64,000 nucleotides of DNA from Haliotis cracherodii (taxonomy: Eukaryota). The stretch spans positions 23,994,001 to 24,058,000 of the forward strand of contig NW_027266266.1 of assembly GCF_022045235.1 (NCBI RefSeq), read 5' to 3'. The notes beneath the pieces were generated by a model. It was not told the DNA's origin. It ran no database searches and saw only the letters and a list, made by a program, of their open reading frames with translations. Both the position numbers and the translations under genes were made by a program. This document shows positions 50,570 to 62,939 of this stretch, piece after piece. The stretch's first letter is position 1, and each line of letters opens with the position of its first letter.

Positions 50570-50760
50570 TTGAGTGAGCGATTTTAACACTATTCCAGTT
50601 ACATCTCGGCGTGTCAGCTTGATGTCGGAGGAAAGCCCGAAGTGATGCAGGTCTTAGGCGTTTACCACTTTGGTGAAAGTCGCGTTTATGGTGCTGACAA
50701 AACTAGAAACATAATCAGGGCGAACCAGGATTCGAACCCGCAATCATAGGTTTCTGGCAC
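50570..50760 (-). mobile_element. SINE family B, head truncated
   Basis: Body match to 37516-37799. Confidence 0.8.
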
Positions 50761-50787
50761 ATCTAGATAAAGGATAAAGGATAAGGA

Positions 50788-51099
50788 GTGAGTGAGTGAG
50801 TGAGTTGGGTTTAACGCCTCTTTTAACAGTATTCCAGTTATATCACGGCGTGGGAGGAAAGCCCGAAGTGATGCAGTTCTCAGACGTTTACCACTTCGGT
50901 GAAACCCACGAGCACGGGTATGGTGCTGACAAACCTAGAAACATAATCGGGGCGAACCGGGATTCGAACCCTAACCTAGAAACATAATCGGGGCGAACCG
51001 GGATTTGAACCCACAATCATTGGTTTCTGGCGTGCCCAAGGGACGCGACTCTGCACAGCGAATCGCGGCGCTTTAGACGACTGGGCCACCCGTGCCCCC
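50788..51099 (-). mobile_element. SINE family B, full length, 13-bp TSD, internal ~41-bp duplication covering the B box
   Basis: TAAAGGATAAGGA at 50775-50787 and 51100-51112. Confidence 0.92.
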
Positions 51100-51720
51100 T
51101 AAAGGATAAGGAAGATATTACTGACTAACTTTGGCGCGTCACGTCTAATCCAGTAGGACACGAAACACCGTGATTGTTGTTCGGACATGCGTCTCTTGTT
51201 TGTAAAGATGAATTAATGCTTGGTTCGAATCTCTGGTTAACCTCGATTACTACCCTTGGTTTGTCAGCACATAGCCCGATCTCTCGGGATTTATCAAAGT
51301 GATGAACATCTTCATTGGGTTGTTCCTCATACTTGGACACGGTCACAAATACGCTACTTGAGAGAGACGAAACTTGGGAAGAGCTACTTGTTGTCTCGGA
51401 ACTTCTTGTTATGGTGAATATAGCATCAGTCAGATTGGGGCATAGTTTAGATTCGGTCCTCAACACGGCGAGCAAGATATCGCGTGGTCAGGCTCGGTGA
51501 CTTGATTAATTGAGTGTCATCGTACTCCGACTGTGGGATGTTGTTCATAATATCATCCACTTGTTTTGCATGTCGTTGTTATATTGTTGACTGCGGTGTA
51601 AAGCAGCAAATATAGAGATCACACTAATCTGACATGAGCTGATGGAATTACTGCCAATGCCTCCAACATTAAGCTGAAATGACGTGATATAATTTGAATG
51701 GTGTTGAACTTATTCATTTA

Positions 51721-51896
51721 CAGTAAACTACGGCTATAACGAACTAAAAGGGACAACTAATTTTAGTTCGTTATAACCGTAGTTTGTTATAAGCATATAT
51801 ACAGCATAACTACAGCAAATAGTTGGGACCAAAAAAGTAAGTTTTTTATAACCGTCAGTTCGTTATAAGCGTGTTCGTTATAACCGTAGTTTACTG
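51721..51896. mobile_element. Tc1/mariner(pogo)-type MITE with TA flanks
   Basis: TIR CAGTAAACTACGG(C/T)TATAACGAAC; reverse-oriented copy of 7833-8007. Confidence 0.88.
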
Positions 51897-52189
51897 TAAT
51901 TATAACATCTAAATACTCGTAATTAATCCTTTTTTCCCAATCAGGTACGATGCAGATTTTCTTAAAATCAGTGGACGCTTTTGAAGAAAAGTAATACAAA
52001 AAGAGCATGCATATGACTGTACATCTTAATAGTTGGTCTCATATTCGTTTCCCCTCTATGTCCCCATAGTAAACTTAGTACCGGTCTAGTGTTAACAAAA
52101 GCGACAATAACCCTTTCCATAATCATAAGAAATGTTTGCTAAAAGCAGTTCATTGTACGATGTCGACTATATCATGCGATTATGTTTAT

Positions 52190-52965
52190 GAATAACTGTC
52201 AAATAGTGATTTTACTAGGTGTTCACCAACAATTAAGCGTATCCTGCCACACCGGTGGCACCAGTCACAAACACATGCAAAGGCAAGTAATGTGTTCACA
52301 TTGAAGAACAAACAAGAGAGCGTATTGGAATAGGGAATTGCAACGGACATAATTTGTGATTTATAACATTTGGAAAATGTCCTCCCTATGTGAACCATAG
52401 AACGTCTTAACAGCGTTATGAAGTCCTTGAATGTTGTAACGCTGATCAAATAACTTTTGAGCAAGAGTCGTACAAGAAATCTTTTCAGAAAAAGCATGCT
52501 CGATTATATTTCATAAGTTGTCAAATGTAACCAGAGGCTTGAGCTTCTGGAATAACGCTCGACTTGAAGTGATACATGTAGTTGACTATTGGAAAGTTTA
52601 AGTCATCTCGTTTGTCATAAAACCTTGTGGATTCTTGTCTCTTTGAATCTGTATGCATATATATATATATATCTAAACATGAACCAGATGGGGTGGTTTC
52701 ACTGGTATCTTTAATTGCTAGGGAATCGACTATTTGACCATTATTGAACGATATCAGATCATCGATATACCTTAGGGAATCGACTATTTGACCATTATTG
52801 AACGATATCAGATCATCGATATACCTGAAGGTAAAGTTAAACTTCGGGACTTCAGTCCGTGATTTTATTTTCCAGTGTGAGGATGACCCGCCAGCAGAAA
52901 GAAACAGATCAGCAAGAAGGGGGCACAATTGGTGCCCATGGGGGTGCCTACTTCTTATCCCCAAC
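52190..52965 (-). pseudogene. Penelope-like element RT C-terminal remnant
   Basis: PMG..CAPLLADLFL (frameshifted), FNFTFRYIDD, IKDT, FYDKRDDLNFPIVN motifs typical of PLE reverse transcriptases; 54-bp internal tandem duplication. Confidence 0.8.
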
Positions 52966-53038
52966 TTTCACGTATATGTTATCTTTGAGGAAGTCTATCA
53001 TTTCACTGGTTTAATTGCGTTCTTTTTTTCTGTTGCAG

Positions 53039-53253
53039 TGTTGATTATGATAGCGGGGCTCCTCATCTACCCACTTGGATTGGGGTCCAAATCCTTCCGC
53101 GAGTACTGCGGCAACATGTCTTCCGCCTACTACTCAGGCCAGTGTCTGATTGGCTGGAGCTACATGCTTGGAATTATGGGAACTGCCCTCGCAATCTTCT
53201 GTCCATTCTTGTCACAATTCACAGACATGAAAGCAAGTGAAATATTCGCCTGA
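53039..53253 (+). CDS. LHFPL7: LHFPL tetraspan family (LHFPL7/TMEM211-like), coding exon 2
   Basis: Pyrimidine tract plus TTGCAG acceptor (AG 53037-53038); phase-1 join gives VLIMIAGLLIYPLGLGS...YCG...Y.SGQCLIGWSYML; total CDS 579 nt = 192 aa. Confidence 0.9.
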
Positions 53254-54368
53254 TCAGTGCTTCTAAATTGTTTTCATGAAACGGGACCACTCGCCTCGCG
53301 TGGTTTAATCAACAGATACAGTGTGGTCCTTCTGATGATTCTGAGAGCAGTCATGGGATGGGACGTTTGCCAAGCTAGGTCACAAGAACGTGAAGATCAG
53401 AAACGACACGATAAAACTCGTGCAGAAACTCAAAGATGGTTCGACCCGGATTCCCAGCCTTGTATATGATCTTTGTATTATTCAGCTTTGTTCGAGATGT
53501 GTAGAACGTTATATCCTAATGGGGTGGTGTTTCGGAATCGCATGGTCCTTCATTGTCTTCCATTCGATGAATACGCTGTTCATCAAAGACTCTCAAGCGC
53601 TCAACGTCTTTTCATCGGGAACCAAATGCAACCACGCTGTCTTGACAAGCATTCGTTACGACAAAGCGAATGTGAATTTTAAAGTCTCCTTAGAGGTGTA
53701 TGAAACCGCGGAATGCAATATTAAAGTGAAACCTTTGATAAAGACGACATCTGCATCTTGAATATTGATGCCATCAGTTTTCATAGCGGACAGACGAGCT
53801 TTATGTGAATAGCTTCAAAAGAACGTCCAAACTACATCAAATCCTTTTAACAACATGTATACATAATTCAGTGGCGACCCCTGATCAATTTCCAAGGCAG
53901 ACGGATTCCACGTAGCCGGTATTGAAACGCTTGAATAATCAATGACCTTGGTACAGAGTTTGAAGGTGACTCTGTGTTTGGATGGAGTCGAATTCGGACT
54001 TGAATACCTCGAAGGGTAGAAAGGTTGTGAGCTGTGTACATATTTTTCATGGCGCTTGTCAACAACCATTAACAGAATCATTTAGATGTTAGTATTTATT
54101 TGTCTTCAGTGGACTCATGGCTGTTTGAAGTTGCCTGACTTTTACTGCTTCGTTGACTTGGTGAAATGAGGATTCTTTAGAATTTTGGGTTCCTCTTGAA
54201 CAGAGCACCGTGATGTGTAGCAGGAAACGTCTCTAAAACGTTTCTTGTTTGTAGTAAATTTCTGCATGAAATTGTTACAGTTTCTTTATTTCCAGAGGTC
54301 ATGTTATGCAACGTATTTTCTGTGTCCTAATACAACCTATTTTTTAAATCTTTGATTTAATTCTATTG

Positions 54369-54374
54369 AATAAA
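54369..54374 (+). terminator. Candidate polyadenylation signal of the LHFPL7-like gene
   Basis: AATAAA at the end of ~1.1 kb of repeat-free, UTR-like sequence. Confidence 0.45.
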
Positions 54375-55291
54375 TACATAATGAAACATAATTTTTAAAC
54401 GATATTTTGTCATTTATGAATTGTTGGGATATTTATGTAAAATATTAATGACTTTTTGTGGCGTCACTGATTGTCAGCTATCCATTCATATAATTTTCAC
54501 TGCTAATTTGTCCTTTTGCGCCAAATGGAATCAGTTTCGGTGGATGGTCGAGACTGTTGGTTGTTTGGCGTTGTAGTTTATACTTGGATACGTTTAAAGA
54601 ATTTAAAATGTTCAAATCATTTTAAAAAGGAAATGATAAATATGGGTAAAACTATGGCTGACGAATTTCTAAAAGCGGCGTAAAACTATTCTCATTCTTA
54701 AACCTTTCAAACAAGTATGTAGGAATACAACCCTATCAATTTCTGATCTACATCACGTCTTATGATGAACATTGGCCCAGTATGGACACGGTAGAATAAT
54801 TCCCACTACAGTGTAGTTATACACGGCAGGTGGTCAGGCTCGGTGACTTGGCTGATGACGTGTAAACGTTCGAGTCTGGACCAGGCAAACCAGTAACTTT
54901 AAGCAAGGTACCACGTTATCGGGATGAGCGGACGCAATCGGCCGTGTCCTATCTGCAGCTTGACCGTTCACTGTTATATTCAGCCCTTAGAAGCATGAGG
55001 TACTGGGTACCTACGGGTAGAGATCGTTTTGAAAAAACAAACATTAATAAAAACTGCAAAAATAATCTATGAAATAAATCTGTCTGGTGTCAAAATTAAA
55101 ACTTGTTTATTCCGAATGCAGATGTATCGTTACATGAAATCAATGCAAATGCACGATGAGAAATGTTTAACGATTGTCTTGGTTTTGAAATTTACCTATA
55201 CCACTTTGTTATTGGGAACTTTCTCAGTTTGAATAAGCCCTAATTTACTTTAATTAAATATGTAAAGCGTCACGGCAGTTAAATGGTCAGC

Positions 55292-55490
55292 GTGAGTGAG
55301 TGAGTGTGGTTTAATACCACGTTGAACAGTAAATCAGTAATATCACGGTGTGTCAGCTTGATGTGAGAGAAAGCCTTGACCGATGCAGGTCTTAGATGTT
55401 TCTATGTTATGGTGAAACTCACAAGCATGGGTATATGGTGCTGACAAACCAAGAAACAAACTCAGATTGAATCTGGGATTCAAACCCCTG
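55292..55490 (-). mobile_element. SINE family B, diverged
   Basis: GAGT tail, ATATCACGGTGTGTCAGCTTGATGTG, GGTGCTGACAAACC. Confidence 0.75.
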
Positions 55491-55601
55491 AATTGGTCAG
55501 GGTATAATCAAAATACTTGCAATGACGGACTGGTTGTCCTTCGTGATAGAATGACGTCCCGAACTCTTATTTTCGGAGTAACGAGATTGCTGTTTTGGGA
55601 A

Positions 55602-55770
55602 CGGGCGGTCGGGTAGCCTAGTGGTTAAAGCGTTCACTCATCACGCCCAAGACCCGGGTTCCATTCCCCACATGGGCAAAATGTGTGAATCCTATTTCTG
55701 GTGTCCCCCGCCGAGATATGGCTAGAATATTGCTAAAAGCGGCGTAAAACCATACTCACTCACCCACTCA
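55602..55770 (+). mobile_element. SINE family C, full length
   Basis: GGGCGGTCGGGTAGCCTAGTGGTTAAAGCG...GACCCGGGTTCCATTCCCC...GCGGCGTAAAACCATACTCACTCAC. Confidence 0.88.
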
Positions 55771-55829
55771 TTTCAGGAAAGAAAGAAAACTGTAAAAGGT
55801 CAGATCTTCATCGACGTCAACCTACTGCC

Positions 55830-56465
55830 CTAGGCCAATTCCACAAAGAGATCTTAGCGCTAAGACAATCGTTAATTCTTTGTTTACACTGCTTACGACA
55901 TTTGTAGATGTAATAGCGTTTTGCAGACTGTCGTTCCACAAAGTTGACTTAGCGCTAAGACGAACGTAATTGTATTATGAAGAATATGTTATGACAGACG
56001 TAGCTCCAAGATCGCTTTTTGGAAGGGGTCCCTTCGGCAATATAATCTTCGTGCTTAGACGACCGTAAGTGTATGTTTGTTTGTTTGTTTGTTGTTTAAT
56101 GCCGCAATCATCAGCTATATGACGGTGGTCTGTAAAATAATCGAGTCTGGACCAGACAACCCAGTGATTGATATCATGAGCATCGATCCACGTCAGCGAA
56201 CCTGACCACCCGATTCCGTTAGTCACCTCTTACGACAAGCATGGGTTGCTGAAGAAGACCTATTCTACCCCGGATCTTCACGAGTCGTATGCAAAAGTAT
56301 TGGTTTTACTATCGTCGTAGCTACGATTCCGCCGCAGCGCTAAGACAATCTCTAGACAAATGGTTGCCGTTGCACTATACGATCTTAACGCTACCACGGT
56401 CGTAAGTACGTTTGCATTAAAGTAAAATTGCGTCTTAGCGCTAAGATCGTTTGTGGAACGTACAC
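55830..56465. mobile_element. Cluster of short hairpin MITEs (CTTAGCGCTAAG core), one interrupted by SINE A
   Basis: Repeated TTCCACAAA..GATCTTAGCGCTAAGAC and its reverse complement. Confidence 0.6.
56076..56286 (-). mobile_element. SINE family A
   Basis: 5' end GACTCGTGAAGATCCGGGG on minus; GTATG on both flanks. Confidence 0.85.
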
Positions 56466-57904
56466 TCTAGATGCATGACTGTTGTTTCACTAAACGGTAC
56501 GACCCTCGTAAATTTCTCTTAAAGTATGAAAGACCTCTTCGTGGAGCTGGTCCCTGATGAAGCACGTTATCAGTTTTGTGACGTGATGCTATGGTCAACA
56601 AACATGTCAAGGACACCGTGACTTTCAACAAGCAAATTTGAAACTCTGAAAAAGACAAATTCCTCATAAGCTCACGTCCACGATAAATAACACTTCCTTG
56701 TACCGAATTTATCATATGCGCATCATTTTTTGTGTTAAAATCACATCATAATTACCGGGATGACATTTTTTAAAGAATCTAATGTCATATTTACTCTGCA
56801 CATCCTGCCCAAACCGCTCAACTTGTTTGCCCTCCGATGAAAGCTGCTTGTTAATTGCCTGTGAATGATTGAATGTTTCGCTATCAAAGCGCACACTTCT
56901 TAATCGCATTATCCTGATCATTTCCAGACGAATTGAAACATTCGCATAAATGCAGCCGTTCTTAATAATCCTCGCGCAACGCATGCGCAGTCTTTGGGAG
57001 TTGTGGAAAAATTTAATGGCAGAGTTTTACGGGTCAGAAAATATGGCGGCATAATCACAGGACGGGCTGCTCTCATCTTATTGGGCCCTGCGTGAGTCAT
57101 AGCATACTGTTTGAAAAGATGAAATAGGCGTTATTTTCTACCAGATGAAGCACGCAATTAAATAGATTATTTGATTACTGCTTTAAATATTACTTGTACT
57201 CTAATGTAAAATTAATTTACCAGTGTATTAGACGGTTGCTACTCCTTAGCCTCGTTTTCAGATGCACGGCGTGTCGAAATCTCATCACAGTGTTTATTTC
57301 CAGCAGGGTTGTGAGTGAGCGAGTCCAGGTTAGCATGATTGATGGTGGAAAGACTCTCAGAGTAACCTTTATAGAACTAATTGTAGCCTGTCCGGTATCG
57401 CTTTATCTTGTCCAAATTTACAGCAATTTTGGCGTAATACATCCGTGCTTAAAAGCATAGTGGTTGTCAATAATCGTTTGGATGGTTTACCAAAAAAATG
57501 TTTCTCTGCCTTGATTGTTTATAACCATTACATTAGGAAACGTTAGTGGCTTAACGAATAGATTGCGTTTTAATGTTTAACTGCTATATGTGAAGAACAA
57601 GTTGTGGATGTTAGTTAGCCACGCATGTGTGCGTCTGTTTGTAGTTTTATTACGTGAAGCACGAATGGCTGATTTCACCAACCCTGGTGTTCAAGTTAAT
57701 CTGCTACCAGTGAGGTATCTAGGCCAGAATAGATCACCATCATATTTCCTTTAGGGTCTGTTAAAATGAGGATTAAAAGCCTGTAATGTATAACCTGGCT
57801 GATTGTGTGTCATTGTACAACAACAATGTGGGTAGATGTTCATACCATCAACCATTAGTTTGCCTTCTCAGGATTCGATAATTCACGGAATCCTCATTCA
57901 TCAA

Positions 57905-58143
57905 TCACGACGTTAAAGATGGTACTTGTTGATACCTTGCCTGGCTTCGCCATTAAGGGGATGAAAGAATGACTGGTTGGCTAGGAGACAGTAGACTGTG
58001 TCTGAGCGGGTATCCATGTTAAACTGCGACATGATATCTCAGTGAACTAGTACTAAAAATGGCATAAGTCTGAAATAGTTAAAGCAGCCACACACAGCCA
58101 CAGCCACACACGAGCACAGAGCCACACAGACATAGTCAGACAC

Positions 58144-58178
<35 letters not shown>

Positions 58179-58290
58179 GGCACACACACACAGAGTCGCA
58201 GACACACACACTCACAAATATGCGCCGCTTGTAATCTTGGATACGTTGAACACCTCAACTCACGTTGAACGTCAACTCACTCACTCCTTG
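57905..58290 (+). mobile_element. SINE family D, headless, with (GACA)/(CA) expansion before the tail
   Basis: GACGTTAAAGATGGTACTTGTTG...CATTAAGGGG...CATGTTAAACTGCG. Confidence 0.7.
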
Positions 58291-59799
58291 AACTTCAAAG
58301 CATTCCTCAATGGTAGACCAAACCATTATATCCACCATACCCCAGGCCAACTCAACAGCTTCATCGGCAAAAGACTCTTTTGATATCCAATCACAAACAT
58401 AAAAACGCCCAGCCACAAAGCTCCTCGCAGCACCTGAAACCATGTAATTGAAATGTTACAGAAAACATCAATGTCGGTCTTGGTTATCCCCTTATCCTCA
58501 TCAGCCATAAACGTCAGCCGATCGACATATTATCTTCCCCCTCAAACATATATAGGGATGTTCCAAGTAATATGGTCATAAAGTTGATGCCATGTCAAGA
58601 TTTAATATCTTCCCTCAATTCAATAATATTGGATATCACGCCACGTCAGCCGAACTCCGCGCACCGCCTATTGTTTGATTTGCCTCCTCCTACGGCGCTG
58701 TGATGAGATTAGCAACGTTTTATCCCTACATAGTAGAATGTGCGTTTGACAAAAACACACTTCACAGAGATTTCTGCCTAAACGTACTTTGAAACGTTCA
58801 CACCACCGACGTCAAATGCTTCAAGGTGCCTCATCCACCATCCTTAAAAGCCGCGTGCACCTTGACAGCTAAATAACGGCGTTTTAACAGTCAATATTCC
58901 CACAAGATCTTAACGTTCAAATTTCCTTTTTGTACAACACTTTAAGGCTTGCGTGAGAAGAATAATGATTTGTTTTAACGTGAAATAAACGCAACGGATA
59001 TTGCGTGCAAGTAATCGTTGACGAGCCTCATCGACAGAACATGATACGTAATTTTACGTTGACGTCGCTGGGGGAATATATCAAACCTGGGGGCGTTTTT
59101 ATTCGACTACAGTGAGTAAATGTGAAGCTAAAACCATGCGTGCGAATACCTTGTTAAGACGGACGAAATGCAGTTTTAGTGTTCCGAATAAAAGCGGATG
59201 GCTTCTGTTTGTTGGAAAACCAAATGTAAAGGTCAGATGACAATTTGTTGGATTTATGACCCCTCACAACACGCTGAAGCATTACCCGTAGTCCGTTCTT
59301 GTATATCCAACAATCACTGGGATATATTTATGCCCTATCACGATATTGGATCTCTTGGTTCTCACACTCTGCAAGTGCCTGAAAATTGCCTGAACATCTT
59401 AAATGTAATCAACCCTGCTGAACGTACTCCCCACACTCATAAAACTGTCGTGATATATAATACGTGTTATGTACAAGTGTATTTAGATACAGAAAACGGC
59501 CTGTCATTTGATACCCAATCGCCTCTTCGAGGTTTTAGAAAACATGATATTGTTTAGATAAATGCGGGTCGAATAAATGTTTGGTTTCTCAATTTGGAGA
59601 CGATATTGAGTGAGTGAGTGAGTGAGTGATGGAGGGAGTGCGATACGTTATTTCTTGAATATTTCTGACTGAATAAAACAACATTCACCAACTCACTCAC
59701 TCGAAAAGACGAAAAATTAAATTTGTACAGAAACAAGTGAGAATGTTTATACTTTGCTTCAAAGTTTTTCAGCAATATCGGGGACGCTTTACGTATATG

Positions 59800-59950
59800 T
59801 TGGGGCTGTCGCGTAACCTAGTGATAAAAGCGTTCGCCCGTCACGACGAAGACCCGGGATCGATTTCCCAAATGTGCATATTGTGTGAAGCCTATATATG
59901 GTGTCCCATGCCGTGATATTGCCGAAAAAGCGGCGTAAAACCAAACTATA
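59800..59950 (+). mobile_element. SINE family C, diverged
   Basis: CCTAGTG..AAAGCGTTCGCCCGTCACG.CGAAGACCCGGG...GCGGCGTAAAACC. Confidence 0.75.
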
Positions 59951-60104
59951 CATTATACGCGCGGCGGGGGAATGAAACCCGGCGACGAGCGAACACCTTA
60001 ACCACAAGACTTCCTAGGTTCAGTAAAGCACGATACTTCAAGTGGAAACACATATTTCCTTAAAAGTAGGAATTGCTTTGGACGTTGGCACCCCAAACGC
60101 CCCC

Positions 60105-60105
<1 letters not shown>

Positions 60106-60153
<48 letters not shown>
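60106..60153. repeat. (CA)n microsatellite
   Basis: Direct reading. Confidence 0.95.
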
Positions 60154-60154
<1 letters not shown>

Positions 60155-61167
60155 AATCCCACTGTGCTAATACGGCGAATACGTTTCTAGCAGTACAGGG
60201 GTGATACCTTAGCCAAATGGGCAACGTGGTCGCTCAATATGAACCTGGCACACGTTCGTTTCCCAATGTAGGAACAATTAAACTTGGCATCCCGTGTGGT
60301 TCGATTTTTTTAGAGACACAGCACAGGACTGTTGTCCAGTGAACAACAGCTGTTTAGGCAGAAACAGAAACAACAGCAAAAACATGAACAACGAAAACAG
60401 CGAAATAGTATTTGAAATAAATAAACTTTGGTCTTACTCCGACTTTTAGCTGTCAATTAATTTTAAAATCCTGAAACAGCTTAATTGTAAACATTCCAGA
60501 ATCAATTCAATTTTTACATGAAAAACACATATTCACAACCTCTCCGCAAACAGTCGCACATTTTATCAAGTTCACAGGGACCGACTTTCAAAACCCGACT
60601 TAATTAACGTAATTCTAACAGTGACCCCTTTAAATACACACCGTAACAGACGGAGAGCACCAGTCATTTCTTGAAACAGACAGCTTTAAATGACATTATT
60701 ATACAATGTGTAAAGGACATTTCGTTGATGTTTTTGTATCTGTTGGAAATCACAAGGTTTGTCTAACTATCGGGTTAGACACAGGACAGACAAAGAACGC
60801 AGAGAGGGTCCTGGCTTGACAACGGCATTCATAATGAAGATGCAGCCAAGTCAAATTAGAACTTGTAAATTATTTCGAAGTCTTTAATAAGATGATGGCC
60901 GGATGATGGAGCCGAGACATGTAGGCCTTCTAGGCTTACAGAGGCCGGAGGGGGTTGCTGATGTTGAGTCACAACGTCCGCATCGGCAACAATGTCATCG
61001 ATCATCGTGCTTTGTGGACGGTTTTACGGCTATGGTACTGTAAGCGTGGCATAATCGGATCTGGATTAGACAACCAAGGGTTGATGATATGAGCACCTTG
61101 CCCATGGTGTACGATGACATAATAAATTAGCTGGGTCAAGACTGTTGGGTTTTAAGTCTAAGTTAGA

Positions 61168-61446
61168 ACCGACTCCGTGGTCTAGTGGTAGAGCGTCCGC
61201 CCAGAGAGCGGAAGGTCCGGGCTTCGATCCCCGACCGCGTCATACAAAAAGACGTTAAAAGATGGTACTTGTTGTTACCCTGTCTGGCACTCGGCATTAA
61301 GGGGCTAAAACAAGGACTGGTCGGCTCGGAGTCAGTATACTGTGTCTGAGTGGGGTATTCATGTTAAACTGCGGCATGGTATCCCAGTTGGCTAGCACGA
61401 TAAATCGGCATTTGTACGGACTAGTACAAACCTCATTTCACCTCAC
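61168..61446 (+). mobile_element. SINE family D, near full length with TSD
   Basis: tRNA-like A and B boxes, V-like core, CACCT tail; flanks CTAAGT(T/A)AGA. Confidence 0.88.
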
Positions 61447-61640
61447 CTAAGTAAGATCTCTGGAGACAGACATGTCCTCGCCAGGGCGGCAGTACTGGCT
61501 GACTCAGGTAAGTGAATGGTGTTTTACGCCGTAATGCTACAGTCGAGCAGGGAGTACCAGCACAGGGCACCAGGCGGGATACGATCGTCCTGGTGTAGCC
61601 CGGTGTCTCCATGTAAATAGAGGGTATTCACAACGTGAAA

Positions 61641-61872
61641 ATCCATGGGGATTCTGGGTTAGAATAGGTCCCCAGACACCTACATACATGCGTGTTGTAA
61701 GAGCCGACTAAATGGATCGGGTGGTCAGGCTTGCTGACTTGGTTGATTGCATATCATCGTAGCCCAATTGCGTGGATCGATGCTCATGATGTCGACCACT
61801 GGATTGCGTGGTTCAGATTCGATTATTTACAGACCGTCGTCATATAGAGCGGCGTTTAACAACAAACAAACA
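61641..61872 (+). mobile_element. SINE family A, variant subfamily
   Basis: ATCCATGGGGATTCTGGGTTAGAATAGGTCCCCA...GACTAAATGGATCGGGTGGTCAGG...(AAAC)n. Confidence 0.82.
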
Positions 61873-62676
61873 CTGTGATGGAGTTTAAGAATGCCTCTAC
61901 AGCATCAAAGACGTCTGTTTTCGAGGCTCACAATTTGATAATGTGCCCAGTCTCCCCAAAATAACAAAAAATATAAATCAGTTAATCAAAACACAATGAT
62001 AATAAAATTCCTCTTTTTTGGTTTAAAAAGCACCAACAGAAAGGCCCAATGTCTTTTTTATCCAACCAACCGCTACGGTGACCTTGACGCGCGCCATCTC
62101 AGACGCATGTCAGACTGGGATTACTGAAGTAGAGCAAGTCCTGTCATGGCGCAGTGCTGGGGAAAAGGTGATAATTATTTAATCTCGGGATTCTCAAGGG
62201 CATTGCATAATTCACAATAAAATAAGTGCCACGCACGTGCAATATTGTGCATGAATCATTAGTCTATTGTAGCATGATGTCACGCGACGCACGCCCTCTA
62301 TCGGTGACAATGGCAAATGTCTCGAGAGGTGTGAATGATCGTCCCTTTGTGACCTCATATGTCTTCTTTAATATGTTATCAAAGCAACACATACTACGAG
62401 TTAGATTATGAGAGTTTTAATTATCTCCGATGTGAAGATGAATCATCGTTACCTTGAAACTCGAGACATGTCTGGCCATATTGCAATTAATTAAACATCT
62501 GCATTAGAAAAACTAGCGTGAGATCATTCACAATTAATTTGCATATGGACAACCTCGTCTGTGGGTCGATTTTTTGTTCGGTTTGCTTTTTCTTGTATAG
62601 ATATATGTAAACTGTATACATTTGAGAATTACAGAAACGTCTTTGCAACCTACACTGTGGAGAATTGTATTGACTA

Positions 62677-62895
62677 CACTGCCGGACAAAAGCAAGTAAC
62701 CACTGTAAAAATGGATTTGACCAAACAATAATTATTATAATCGGTTTTGAAACGTTACCAGGTGGTAAACAGTCGTCGACACACTGAATGCTTTAGGTCC
62801 CAAACAACTGTGATAACCGTCGAATAACCATTTCTTGTTTTTTCTTATATTTTCAGCCACCATCAAACATGTAGACATTCTTTTGCCAGGCAGTT
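62677..62895. mobile_element. Tc1-type MITE with TA flanks
   Basis: TA|CACTGCCGGACAAAAG ... CTTTTTGCCAGGCAGTT|TA. Confidence 0.7.
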
Positions 62896-62939
62896 TATTT
62901 ATTTGATAGAAATGAAATTTATTTTATTTTCATAAACTA

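Noticed and set aside
52798-53038. N-terminal part of ORF 52798-53253
   Set aside because: Antisense Penelope remnant plus intron; family similarity starts at the 53039 acceptor
53257-54081. ORFs downstream of the LHFPL7-like stop
   Set aside because: Probable 3' UTR; mostly non-ATG starts and no motifs
61168-61240. tRNA gene (also 44801, 45031, 55602)
   Set aside because: tRNA-like A/B boxes run directly into SINE bodies and tails, some with TSDs; these are SINE heads
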